A DNA stretch of 64,000 bases. Source: Oligoflexales bacterium. Its GTDB lineage: Bacteria > Bdellovibrionota_B > Oligoflexia > Oligoflexales > Bog-1112. Of this stretch, positions 40,694 through 50,629 are shown piece by piece. The notes below the pieces were generated by a model, which was given only the letters and a program-made list of their open reading frames with translations, was not told the DNA's origin and made no database searches. Position 1 is the stretch's first letter. The number at the start of each line of letters is the position of its first letter. Where the stretch lies: positions 72,091 through 136,090 of the forward strand of contig JBGCEP010000010.1 in the NCBI GenBank assembly GCA_045106415.1, written 5' to 3'. The position numbers and the translations under genes are program-made.

Positions 40694-42493
40694 TCATTTA
40701 TAATTGTTTTTAACAACAGAGTTTAAATCAAGAACTAAAGCCACTTTTCCATCTCCAAGAATGGTTCCTCCGCTGGATGATTTTACTTGACGAAATTCAG
40801 GACCTAATTGTTTCAGAACAATTTGCTCTTGGGATAGAATTTCATTCACAAAAAGTGCATATTCATTTTGTTCATAACGTGTAATAAGAGCGAGTTTTTT
40901 TGTGGATTTTTTCTTTTTTGTTTTGATTTCTTCGACATCAATAACCTCAGCTTTGTTTCTCTTTTTTTCTTTTTTGGGTGTTACATCCATTCTTTTTGTG
41001 ACGAGAATGTCTTTGAGGTCAATGACTTTTAGAATACGATCTTGAAGACGAATAATATTTTCATCTTTTTGATAACAGTCTTCATTTATTGAAATCGCTT
41101 CGTTGAAATCTGAATTTGGTACAACATATTTTTCTCCAGAAATAGAAATAATTGTTCCGTTAAACATAGCAAGACTCAAAGGAAGGCGGATGATAAAACA
41201 TGTTCCTTTGTCTTTTTTGGAGAAAATTTTGCAATGGCCTTTTAAAGCTATGATTTTTTGATTAACAACATCCATTCCGACACCTCGACCAGATATTTCA
41301 GTTGCTTCTTCTCGAGTTGAAAATCCACTGGCAAAAATGAAAGAAAAAACTTTTTCATCACTAAGCTCCTCACCAGATCCTTTAATAATTCCTAATTTTT
41401 GAGCTTTTCGTAGGATACCTTCACGATTTAACCCCCCTCCGTCATCTTCAACAATAATCTCGAAAGATCCTCCGTTGCGCTGAGCTGTAAGGCTGACTTT
41501 TCCTATGGGGTCTTTTCCTTTTTCGACTCTATCTTCGGCGGATTCAATGCCGTGATCGACTGCGTTTCGAATCATATGAGTTAAAGGATCTATGAGAGCG
41601 TCGGCAATGGTTTTGTCTAGCTCAGCAGTCTCTCCTTTTTTAATAAAATCGATCTCTTTTCCAGTCATTTTAGAAATATCACGAACTGTTCTTTCCATAC
41701 GATTGAATAATGGCTTGATGGTGACCATTCTTAAACTCACCATTGTGTACTGTAAGTCTTGTGTGATCTTTTTAAGAGAAAGAGCAGTTTTTCTGACAAA
41801 TTCTTCTTGATCTGAAATATCACCCTCTAGAATATGATCGAGTGAAGACTGTAAAATAACCTGCTCTCCAAATAAATTGAGGAGTTCGTCTATTTTTCTT
41901 AGGGGAATCTTAATAAGCTCGTCGGCCGTGACAGTGGTAGGCTGAATCATTGCGGAGGGTTGCTCAAGGTAAGGAGGTGGAGGCTCAGAGTCAGAGCTTT
42001 CTTCTTGTCTGTAATCATCGCCGCTGCTTTGCTTGACATCATGGCTTCTTTCTGAGGAGGTTGTCGAATGTTCTGTGTCCTCAGAGCCTTCTACTTGAGG
42101 GTTATGAAGCAAGTATTCTAGTTTTTGTGTATGGGTCGTGAGGTGATGTGTGTCGGCTTCGACATTATTTCTTGCTTGTTGTTGATAGTTTCTTAAGTGA
42201 TCAACAGTGTGAATAAGTCCATCAATAATGTCTGGTGTGATTTTCATCTCGTCAGCACGTATTTGACTTAAGATGTTTTCAGCAGCATGAGCGCACTGAG
42301 AAAGATCTGTGAGTCCTACTGTCTTTCCTGAGCCTTTTGCATTGTGAAAAAGCCTAAATAGCTCGTTGACGCAATCTTTGTCATCTTGGTTTTTTTCGAG
42401 CCTCATGAAAGCTTCTTCCATGCTTTCTAAAAGATCACTAAGCTCGTCTAAAAAAGTTTGTTTTAATTCGCGAAGAAGATCGTCGTGCGACAT
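40694..42493 (-). CDS. cheA: CheA histidine kinase (no obvious P2 domain)
   Basis: FRLFHNAKG, HMIRNAVDHGIE, EDDGGG, SGRGVGMDVV. Confidence 0.95.
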   Translation of the reverse strand: MSHDDLLRELKQTFLDELSDLLESMEEAFMRLEKNQDDKDCVNELFRLFHNAKGSGKTVGLTDLSQCAHAAENILSQIRADEMKITPDIIDGLIHTVDHLRNYQQQARNNVEADTHHLTTHTQKLEYLLHNPQVEGSEDTEHSTTSSERSHDVKQSSGDDYRQEESSDSEPPPPYLEQPSAMIQPTTVTADELIKIPLRKIDELLNLFGEQVILQSSLDHILEGDISDQEEFVRKTALSLKKITQDLQYTMVSLRMVTIKPLFNRMERTVRDISKMTGKEIDFIKKGETAELDKTIADALIDPLTHMIRNAVDHGIESAEDRVEKGKDPIGKVSLTAQRNGGSFEIIVEDDGGGLNREGILRKAQKLGIIKGSGEELSDEKVFSFIFASGFSTREEATEISGRGVGMDVVNQKIIALKGHCKIFSKKDKGTCFIIRLPLSLAMFNGTIISISGEKYVVPNSDFNEAISINEDCYQKDENIIRLQDRILKVIDLKDILVTKRMDVTPKKEKKRNKAEVIDVEEIKTKKKKSTKKLALITRYEQNEYALFVNEILSQEQIVLKQLGPEFRQVKSSSGGTILGDGKVALVLDLNSVVKNNYK

Positions 42494-42653
42494 ACAACCA
42501 CCAGTTAGAGTGTTCTCAACATTCCATCGGTCAGTTTTTTAAAATGATAAAGTTTATGTGTTAAATTTTTCTCTTATCGGGCGCTGAAACCTGCTATAGT
42601 GACGAGCACTCACTCTTTTGTGGGCACAAGATTGTTAATCTAGAGTTCATATA

Positions 42654-43670
42654 ATGAAAACTCTAGAATTTATCGTTGTGATGAAAGTTTTTTTATTAAA
42701 GCTGAGGGAGCAGAATATGCTCAATGGTATTGAAGACTTACAGGCAAATTGGAATGGGCAAATGATGCCTTTATCCCAAGTTAGAATTAGCCCATTAGAC
42801 CGTGGTTGGTTATTCGGTGACGCAATGTATGAAGTCATTCGAGTGATTCATGGTAAACCATGGCTGGCTGAAGAACATATTGACCGCTTGTGCGTAGGTC
42901 TTCAAGATCTTCGTATTGTTGGAATAAGTAAAGAAGACCTTCAAACCCGCCTTGTCGACTTGATTGAAGGCGCCAAATGCCTGCATGGGTTTGTGTATAT
43001 GCATGTGACTCGTGGAGTTGCTCCTCGTCGTCATTTACCATTTGAAGATATGGTTCCTAATTGTCTTTTGTATATCCAGAGTTTTGCTGATATCGATCCA
43101 CTGGCTATGAAGCGCTCTCAAGGTCTCAGTATGATGACCACTGAGGACCCTCGTTGGAAACGGACAGATTTAAAAACAACGAATCTTCTTGGGAGTGTGA
43201 TGGCTGGAATGGACGCTGCACGCAGCGGTGTTGATGACGCTATTTTTATTAATGCAGATGGGTATGTCACTGAAACAACTCATTCAAATATCTTTTTTGT
43301 TCGGCATGGTCGAGTGATTACACCACCTTGTGATGGAATTCTTAATGGAGTGACACGGAGTTATGTGATTGAGCTCTTAGAGTCGAAAGGAATTCCTGTT
43401 CATGAAGAAAAAGTTTCAGAAACAGACCTTGAGCAGATGGATGAGATTTTTTTAACAGCAACCATGGCTGGTATTATGCCTGTTGTTGCTGTCAACGGAC
43501 GCTCAATCCGCTCGGGACGACCAGGCTTGATGACGACCAGCTTGACAAACTGGCTGCTTAAGGAAAGAGCAGCTTTAAAAGATCCTTCTGGTGAAAAAAA
43601 TACAGTTAAAGAGTCACAAAAAATGCCAAAGAAATCATGGCTCGTATCATCAAATCAAGATCACGTATAA
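42654..43670 (+). CDS. Class IV aminotransferase (D-amino-acid transaminase-like; start probably 42717)
   Basis: DRGWLFGDAMYEV, LKTTNLL, ETTHSNIF, ILNGVTR. Confidence 0.85.
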   Translation: MKTLEFIVVMKVFLLKLREQNMLNGIEDLQANWNGQMMPLSQVRISPLDRGWLFGDAMYEVIRVIHGKPWLAEEHIDRLCVGLQDLRIVGISKEDLQTRLVDLIEGAKCLHGFVYMHVTRGVAPRRHLPFEDMVPNCLLYIQSFADIDPLAMKRSQGLSMMTTEDPRWKRTDLKTTNLLGSVMAGMDAARSGVDDAIFINADGYVTETTHSNIFFVRHGRVITPPCDGILNGVTRSYVIELLESKGIPVHEEKVSETDLEQMDEIFLTATMAGIMPVVAVNGRSIRSGRPGLMTTSLTNWLLKERAALKDPSGEKNTVKESQKMPKKSWLVSSNQDHV

Positions 43671-43688
43671 AAAGGTTAGAGAAAGCTT

Positions 43689-44375
43689 ATGTCTCAGGCT
43701 CTTGTGGTATCGTTTGTTTGGTATTTTTGTTTTCTTATTTCTACAGTCGTGCACGAAGCTTCGCACAGTTTTGTTGCCCTCCTTGGAGGGGACCGGACTG
43801 CGTATGAAGGAGGCCAAGTGTCTCTGGATCCTTGGCCGCACATCCGAAGAGAACCTTTTGGCATGGTGATTCTTCCTATTCTCGCTGTTTTTTACATGGG
43901 GTGGCCTATTGGTTATGCTTCCGCTCCGTATCGTTTAGATTGGGCACACCGTTATCCAAAACGGGCAGCGCTGATGGCTCTTGCAGGGCCAATGGCAAAC
44001 TTTTTATTAGCTCTATTCGCTTTTGCGCTTTTAAAGTGGGGGCTGTCTGCGGGCTGGTGGCAGTACCCGAGTCGTTCATTAAGATTAGATCGTTTAGTTG
44101 CTGGCCATGGTTTGTTAGGTAATTTTGGGATTTTTTGCAGTGTTTTTTTATCTTTAAATTTGCTGCTTGGAGTGTTTAATTTATTACCAGTTCCTCCTTT
44201 GGATGGCAGCACAGCTTTAGGATTGTTTTTACCGACTCGAATGGCGCGAAAATATCATGATTTTTTGCAAATTCCCGGTCTAGCGATGATAGGGCTGTTT
44301 GTTGCTTGGAACTTTTTCCATAATATATGGAATGCTGTGGTTTGGCCGGTGATTTTGTTGCTGTATACCTTATAA
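43689..44375 (+). CDS. Site-2 protease (M50)
   Basis: HEASH and FNLLPVPPLDG. Confidence 0.9.
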   Translation: MSQALVVSFVWYFCFLISTVVHEASHSFVALLGGDRTAYEGGQVSLDPWPHIRREPFGMVILPILAVFYMGWPIGYASAPYRLDWAHRYPKRAALMALAGPMANFLLALFAFALLKWGLSAGWWQYPSRSLRLDRLVAGHGLLGNFGIFCSVFLSLNLLLGVFNLLPVPPLDGSTALGLFLPTRMARKYHDFLQIPGLAMIGLFVAWNFFHNIWNAVVWPVILLLYTL

Positions 44376-44588
44376 TATGATGTTTTTGATTTGTTTAGTA
44401 TAAAGCCTTAGTTCTTATCTCCTGTGTCATAATCAAAAATGATTTCGATGCATAAAAACCGAAGATTTTTAAGTTAAAAAGATATATTTATTTATATAAA
44501 TTGAATGCGGTGCTGGTCTCACACAGAAAGATCATTTTTTTGTATGGAGGCAGGTCCGTCTTTTGGTTTTATACAGAAGGGTTCTTTT

Positions 44589-45569
44589 ATGAAAATATGT
44601 GCTTGTAGTGTATTGACGATTGTTTTGACAGGCTGTTTACCAAAAGATTCAAAAGTGACTGCGTTTGAACAGCCGGAGTCTATAAAAGGAACTTACTCTG
44701 ATCATGCATGGGAGTTTTCACTTCCTGCTTTAGATGCTGATATTGGAGCTTATGAACCCAATGATAGTTTTCAAATAAGCCCTTTTGTGAGTTCTAGTCA
44801 AGACCATGTAAAAATTCAATGCCTTCTTAAATCGGAATCACAGCAAAAAAACAAATGGTTTTTTAATTTTTTTGCTTATGAAAAAGATCAGATCATTTTT
44901 TATAAAAGCTATGCTTTACAAAATTGTCGATCTTTAAAAGTTAAACTATCTGATGATTTTTCTTTTGACCATATTGGATTTAAAGTGTCGTGGAATGAGG
45001 GTCGGCAAAATTATGTTGTCTACCAAGGTCAATCTCATAGCCTTACTGATACTGTCTTATCACGTGTTCTTTTGGATAAAAAGATGGAGAGGCATATGTC
45101 ACAAGTTATATGCCATGATGAAGGCTTTTATTATGGGAAGCAGTGTCAGAGTCAATGGTTCTCATTAAAAGTGAGGCGGACGCAGCTGTGCTTATGGAAA
45201 AATTTGAATAAAATGAAAACATCACTTATACAAGATTCTTGTGGCGATGAGTCTGCACAATTTCAGTTGAGAAGACGGCAGCAAGAAGGGTATACGCTGC
45301 AGGAACGTTCGAGTTATCAGTGTTTAACTCGTTCTGATCAAGGCTGGGAGTTTAAGCCTTGTTATGTTTTCACAAAAGAAATCAATTCAGATCTAGCAAG
45401 AAAACAGCTCTTTTTAGTGAATGAAGTTCCAGGAAATGGGTTGCAACTGGAGCTCTTAGGAGAAAGAAAACAGTGTGTAGGATTGTCTTCTGGTGTGACA
45501 GAAAATGGAGCTGAAATACAGAAGGTCACGTGTATCAAGGACCTTGGTCAGTGGTTTGATATTTTATAG
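44589..45569 (+). CDS. Hypothetical lipoprotein with C-terminal ricin-B-like repeats
   Basis: LTGC lipobox; CL..C..QxF/W repeats. Confidence 0.5.
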   Translation: MKICACSVLTIVLTGCLPKDSKVTAFEQPESIKGTYSDHAWEFSLPALDADIGAYEPNDSFQISPFVSSSQDHVKIQCLLKSESQQKNKWFFNFFAYEKDQIIFYKSYALQNCRSLKVKLSDDFSFDHIGFKVSWNEGRQNYVVYQGQSHSLTDTVLSRVLLDKKMERHMSQVICHDEGFYYGKQCQSQWFSLKVRRTQLCLWKNLNKMKTSLIQDSCGDESAQFQLRRRQQEGYTLQERSSYQCLTRSDQGWEFKPCYVFTKEINSDLARKQLFLVNEVPGNGLQLELLGERKQCVGLSSGVTENGAEIQKVTCIKDLGQWFDIL

Positions 45570-45573
45570 AGAA

Positions 45574-46332
45574 TTATTCAGGTTCTTCTTTTTCTCCGAG
45601 ATAAGAACTTAGTTTTGCACGAATGACTTTTGGATTTTCCCCTGCGATAATTCCTCTTGAGCCAATTTTAATCATTTCAAGCCCAGTTCTCTCCATTGTA
45701 GAGTTAAATTTGAGTTTTGAAGAAAGAGGAATGAAAATTAAGGTTGAAAAAAGTGAACCATAAAGTGTGGTTACAAGTGCTACCGCGAGTCCAGGGCCAA
45801 TTTTAGAAGGGTCTGAAAGGTTAGCCATAATAACAATCAGCCCCACAACAGTACCAATCATACCAAAGGCGGGACAGGACTCACCAAGGAAGTCTAATAC
45901 GTCATGAGCATGTTTATGCCGCCTTTTTAAATTAAGCATTTCTGTACTTAAAATTCCTTCAATAGTATCAGCATCGTATCCGTCAACCATGCTTCGAACG
46001 GCTTTATTCAGATAAGGATGATTGACGGTGTGTTTTTCAAGGCTAAGAATGGAACCTTTTCTAGCAACTGTAGCGCACTCAATGATTTCGTCGACCATTT
46101 CAGCATATGATGCAACGCTGGACTTAAAACAGATAGGGATTGCTTTGAGACCTGCCATAAAACAAGGGATATTCAAACGCATCATGGTTGCAAAAAGACT
46201 TCCTCCCATTACAATGACAAGACTGAGAAGATCCCAATACATTCCAAGGCCTAACTCAGCAGAAGAAACAACCATACATCCGACAACAACAGCACTCCCA
46301 CAAATTAATCCCAGAATTGTTGCTAAATCCAT
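45574..46332 (-). CDS. motA: Flagellar stator MotA/PomA
   Basis: MDLATILG, ARKGSILSLE, PAFGMIGT, ALVTTLYG, GENP. Confidence 0.92.
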   Translation of the reverse strand: MDLATILGLICGSAVVVGCMVVSSAELGLGMYWDLLSLVIVMGGSLFATMMRLNIPCFMAGLKAIPICFKSSVASYAEMVDEIIECATVARKGSILSLEKHTVNHPYLNKAVRSMVDGYDADTIEGILSTEMLNLKRRHKHAHDVLDFLGESCPAFGMIGTVVGLIVIMANLSDPSKIGPGLAVALVTTLYGSLFSTLIFIPLSSKLKFNSTMERTGLEMIKIGSRGIIAGENPKVIRAKLSSYLGEKEEPE

Positions 46333-46643
46333 TAGGTTTCTCCTTCGCATATTTTATAACTGAGAACTTTTCGTGGAAACACCGAATGATCAATTTCAAG
46401 TGTGGAATATCGGATTTTTTTCTGGAAAACATCGACTGATTTTTGGTATTCCATTTCTAGGTAACATTTTTGTTTGCCGATTTTATAATTACGGACACAA
46501 AGACTGACAAACCCTTCATGAGCGATCTCGACATGATTGACATCAGGTTCTAAATACCATTCGCACTCTTTGAGACGTTGAGGGTCACACCCTAAAGTGA
46601 ACAGTGTAAAGCAAAAGGTAATGATGTTACGGTTTGTAATCAA
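46332..46643 (-). CDS. Small Cys-containing lipoprotein between motB and motA
   Basis: LGC lipobox; abuts or overlaps both neighbours. Confidence 0.6.
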   Translation of the reverse strand: MITNRNIITFCFTLFTLGCDPQRLKECEWYLEPDVNHVEIAHEGFVSLCVRNYKIGKQKCYLEMEYQKSVDVFQKKIRYSTLEIDHSVFPRKVLSYKICEGET

Positions 46644-47400
46644 TTTTGATATCCACTCGGCGATTTTTTTTGCGCCCTTCTATTGTCTCATTAGAGAACG
46701 CTGGATCTGAAGCGCCAAATCCGGCAATTTTGACCTTATCTGGTGCAAAGTTCTGATAATCTAAGAAATATCGAGCGATATAGCTTGCTCTCAAGGAAGA
46801 AAGTTCTAGATTTGAAAATCCGCTTCTAGGAATAATATGATCTGTATGACCTGTGATGATGATGTGCCGATTGAGTGATGATAAGACTTCAATAAGAGGT
46901 TTTAATTTTTTATATGAACTTAATGTTAAACGATATTTTCCCGGCTTATAAAAACCTGAAGATGTCAGTCGAACTGTGATGCTGGTCTTGTTTTTTAATA
47001 ATGAAATAGATTTTCCAATGTTTTTTTGATGCTGATCAATTTTCCCGCTTTCAAGAGTTGCAATTGATTGTTTTATCAAATCAAAGTCTCGATTTAATAT
47101 ATTGATGTTAAAAATATTTTTATTACTTGTTTCGATTTTCTTTTTTGGAATTTTTTTACCTTTCCAAAACTTGAAAACAGCTTTTCCATTAGGTAAAGGG
47201 CCCTTTTGAGGCTCATTGATAGAGTCTGGTACTTCCATAAAAGCTTCGCGTATTGAAGAGGCAACTCCTAACATAGTAAGAGTTTCTCCTTCGGGTTTGA
47301 TACCGTAAAGAACCACAAATGTCGCAAAAAGAAGAGTCATTAAGTCAGCATAACTCACCAGCCAACCAGCTCCTCCACCGCCTTCATCATCGTCTTCGAT
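46627..47400 (-). CDS. motB: Flagellar stator MotB paralog 2 (start probably ATC at 47400)
   Basis: WLVSYADLMTLL; OmpA-like GHTD...RA...NRRV. Confidence 0.85.
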   Translation of the reverse strand: MEDDDEGGGGAGWLVSYADLMTLLFATFVVLYGIKPEGETLTMLGVASSIREAFMEVPDSINEPQKGPLPNGKAVFKFWKGKKIPKKKIETSNKNIFNINILNRDFDLIKQSIATLESGKIDQHQKNIGKSISLLKNKTSITVRLTSSGFYKPGKYRLTLSSYKKLKPLIEVLSSLNRHIIITGHTDHIIPRSGFSNLELSSLRASYIARYFLDYQNFAPDKVKIAGFGASDPAFSNETIEGRKKNRRVDIKIDYKP

Positions 47401-47411
47401 AGTAAACCTCG

Positions 47412-48197
47412 TTAGTTATCCGCGTAGTTGATAAATATTTCAACTCTACGATTGAGTTGACGACCGTATGGTTGATCTTGTCGTGCAATGGGTTTTCTGT
47501 CTGCGTAGCCAGAGATGCTAAGAAGCTTAGCGTCTGCTTGTAGGTTTTTTATAAGATATGCTGAAACAGAGTTTGCACGTTGTGTTGAAACAACCCATTT
47601 TGAAATACCTTTCTTTTCTGGAACGTCATCAGTATGCCCTTCAATATGAAGAGGCTGTTGAAGATCGACAAGGTTTTGTAACAAAGGTTTTAATGACTTT
47701 AGATCTGATTGATTGGCTTTGGATTGCCCTTTTTGGAAGTATAAAGAAGAAAGAAAATTGAGCCGGATTGATGATTCATTTTTTTCAATCGCAACGACAT
47801 CATGGTTTTTAACATTTCCTTTTCTAGGCTTTTTGACACTGAGCATTTCTACAAGGTTCCTTAAGTGTGCATAATCTTTTTCTATTTTGCTTTTTGAGAA
47901 ATGAGTTTCCAGTGCTTGTCTTTTACTGACAGGCTCATGAGCAATGTTGCCTTTCCAAAACCTAAAAATATCAATTCCTTTTGTGAGTTCGCCTTTTTTT
48001 TCAACCAAAGGAATATCTTCAGGAACTTCAACAAAACTTTCTTGAATTCTAGATTTGACTCCTTGGAAAGCTGATGTTTTCCCTTCAGGTTTTAAGCCAT
48101 AGAGGACTACAAATGTTGCAAACAAAAGGGTCATTAAGTCAGCGTAACTTACGAGCCAACCACCACCTTCGCCGCCTTCATCATCATCATCTTCGAT
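47412..48197 (-). CDS. motB: Flagellar stator MotB paralog 1 (start probably ATC at 48197)
   Basis: WLVSYADLMTLL upstream of the annotated ATG; EGHTD...RA...NRRVEI. Confidence 0.85.
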   Translation of the reverse strand: MEDDDDEGGEGGGWLVSYADLMTLLFATFVVLYGLKPEGKTSAFQGVKSRIQESFVEVPEDIPLVEKKGELTKGIDIFRFWKGNIAHEPVSKRQALETHFSKSKIEKDYAHLRNLVEMLSVKKPRKGNVKNHDVVAIEKNESSIRLNFLSSLYFQKGQSKANQSDLKSLKPLLQNLVDLQQPLHIEGHTDDVPEKKGISKWVVSTQRANSVSAYLIKNLQADAKLLSISGYADRKPIARQDQPYGRQLNRRVEIFINYADN

Positions 48198-48361
48198 AAG
48201 GGTCTCTCCTTTTTTGGATATGCGAGATCATATTATCACGCACATTTTAAAAAAAAGTCTGGTGAAGCAGGCTGTTTTTTTCCTCTCTCACCTTATTCAG
48301 AATTTTTGATGAGATTCGACGATGTTATAGAATTTTTGTACCATAGGGAGGACTGTAGGAG

Positions 48362-49612
48362 GTGATCATGACAGATGAAGCAATGAAAAAATTAACAGGG
48401 CATATTTTACTTGCACTTTTGTTAGGTGTTGGGTGTGGGGGCCTGCTTCAACTGCTTCCTCAAGGCTTTGTTGGTCTGGCATTTATCGAAGCCTGTCTTA
48501 TTATTGTTGCGAATTCTTTTATTTCAGCTTTAAAAATGATTGTTGTTCCTATGGTCTTTTTTTCTATTGTTTCAGGGGTTGCAAGTTTAGAGGGGACACA
48601 AACTTTAGGGCGTATGGGATGGAAAACTTTTATTTTATATACTCTTACAACTGTGATTGCGATCAGTATGGCTTTAGGCATAGCAAAAGTTAGTGGGATT
48701 GGAATCGGTCTCAAGATGGTTCATCTTGCTGAGCCATCTTTGGCAACTCCTCCAGGGGTTGTGGAAGTTTTAAGTCAGATGATTCCATCGAATCCTATTC
48801 AAGCGGCTGCAAATGGAAGGATGCTCCAGCTCATTGTGTTTTCTCTTTTTCTTGGGACAGCGATTTCAGCGTCAGGGGCTCCAGGACGAAGAATTGCAAA
48901 AAATATGGATGATTTTTTATCCGTGATGATGAAGTTGATTAATTTAATTTTTTATTTTGCACCTTACGGTGTTTTTGCTTTAGTTACACGGGCATTTTAT
49001 CAAGTTGGTTTCGGTGTTTTGAGCTCGCTTATGAGTTATTGTCTTGTTGTTTTTGTTGTTCTAGTGTTGCAAGCTCTTTTCACATATACGTCTTTATTAT
49101 GGTGTGTCGGATTAAATCCTTTGCTATTTTTTAAAAAGATGAAGCCTGTTGGGCTTTTTGCTATGAGCACAGCAAGCTCAAACGCCACACTCCCTATGAC
49201 TATGGAGGCAGTGACTCATGACCTAGGAGTGGAACCCTCTGTTGCTTCTTTTACGTTGCCTTTGGGTGCAACGATGAATATGGATGGTACAGCAATTATG
49301 CAAGGTGTGGCCACGGTGTTTCTCGCACATGCCTACGGCATTGATTTAAGTTTGATGGATTATGTCAATGTGATTATGATGGCGACACTGGCTTCTATCG
49401 GAACAGCAGCTGTGCCAGGGGTTGGTCTCGTGACGCTGGCTATGGTTTTAAAACAAGTTGGTATCCCAGCAGAGGGGATTGGGATGATCTTAGGGGTTGA
49501 TCGCCTTTTAGATATGTTGCGGACAGCTCTCAATGTCTGTGGTGACGCTGTTGTAAGCTGTGTGATTGCAAAAAGTGAATTCAAAATGAACACAGATTGC
49601 TATCACTCATAA
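48362..49612 (+). CDS. Dicarboxylate/amino acid:cation symporter (DAACS)
   Basis: STASSNATLP, GATMNMDGTA, DRLLDMLRTALN. Confidence 0.93.
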   Translation: MIMTDEAMKKLTGHILLALLLGVGCGGLLQLLPQGFVGLAFIEACLIIVANSFISALKMIVVPMVFFSIVSGVASLEGTQTLGRMGWKTFILYTLTTVIAISMALGIAKVSGIGIGLKMVHLAEPSLATPPGVVEVLSQMIPSNPIQAAANGRMLQLIVFSLFLGTAISASGAPGRRIAKNMDDFLSVMMKLINLIFYFAPYGVFALVTRAFYQVGFGVLSSLMSYCLVVFVVLVLQALFTYTSLLWCVGLNPLLFFKKMKPVGLFAMSTASSNATLPMTMEAVTHDLGVEPSVASFTLPLGATMNMDGTAIMQGVATVFLAHAYGIDLSLMDYVNVIMMATLASIGTAAVPGVGLVTLAMVLKQVGIPAEGIGMILGVDRLLDMLRTALNVCGDAVVSCVIAKSEFKMNTDCYHS

Positions 49613-49641
49613 AGAAAAACTGTAAGGTGTGGGGATAAAAT

Positions 49642-50457
49642 ATGCCGTTTTTATTAAGAGCTTTGTTTTTTACTCGAAGAGCTCTTGCTGTTCTCATGTG
49701 GGCATACGGTATGATGCGAGTAAAGGGTTGGTTTCCTTGGCTTTTGTTGACTGTCTTGGCACTGTATTTTGTATCTAAAGTTCATGAGAGTCGAGCAAAA
49801 AACATCTTTGCAAGTGCTGTGTTTAGTGTTTCTTTTGTGTTTATTATTATTGCATCACGATCTGTGCAAGAACCTTTACCGCTTGACGTTGTTGCCAAAA
49901 ACTGGATTCAAGCTTGTGAAGTGCAACGGCAAAATCCTATCATTCAAAGCTTGCAAAAATTTTCAGGTAAAGAAACATGCGAAGATATTTGGTTTGCTGT
50001 GAAAAAAAGCAGCCGTCTGTATTTGCAAAGCTCTTCTTTAGAGTCCATTGAGCTGTTGTCTGCTTTTAATCACATAAGAGTTTTAGATCTTTCTGATAAT
50101 AACATTAAGAACCTCGAAGTTCTTCAGAGTTTTCAATCTTTGCAAGAGCTAAATGTAAGTAGGAACCCTGTCCAAAAGGTAAAAAGCTTGCCTGTTAGTT
50201 TGATTGATTTAAATATTGCTTCTACTCATTTTGAAGACGCCGATAGTTTAGTTCATATTGTGAAAATACGATCTCTAGATATCTCTTATACAAAGGTGAG
50301 TGACCTTTCTCCTCTCAAAAATCTTCAGCATTTAAACAGGCTCCGTATGGAAGGTTTACAACTCTTTGAGGGTGAAAAGTTTAATGAAGCGCTATGCCCT
50401 TTAAATCAAGGCATTCTTGGGTTTCAATGTAAACTTATCATGGAATCGATTAGGTAA
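49642..50457 (+). CDS. Membrane-anchored leucine-rich repeat protein
   Basis: N-terminal TMs; LxxLxLxxN repeats (LDLSDNNI, LNVSRNPV, LDISYTKV). Confidence 0.75.
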   Translation: MPFLLRALFFTRRALAVLMWAYGMMRVKGWFPWLLLTVLALYFVSKVHESRAKNIFASAVFSVSFVFIIIASRSVQEPLPLDVVAKNWIQACEVQRQNPIIQSLQKFSGKETCEDIWFAVKKSSRLYLQSSSLESIELLSAFNHIRVLDLSDNNIKNLEVLQSFQSLQELNVSRNPVQKVKSLPVSLIDLNIASTHFEDADSLVHIVKIRSLDISYTKVSDLSPLKNLQHLNRLRMEGLQLFEGEKFNEALCPLNQGILGFQCKLIMESIR

Positions 50458-50629
50458 AATTTGCATTTGATTTCTTTTTTGAAAAAAACATAAAAAATCA
50501 ACAAAAAAATCATGGAACATAGATGTTATCTTTTTTTAAGATGAGCCTCTGTTTCGTTTTTCTATGAAATCAGGTGATAATATCATGTGTGTCAATCATC
50601 TATGGCCTTAATGGCAGGAGGAGTTGTCC

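Noticed and set aside
50460..50625. Sigma28 or sigma54 promoter for flagellin
   Set aside because: No convincing GCCGATAA or TGGCAC-N5-TTGC match found by eye
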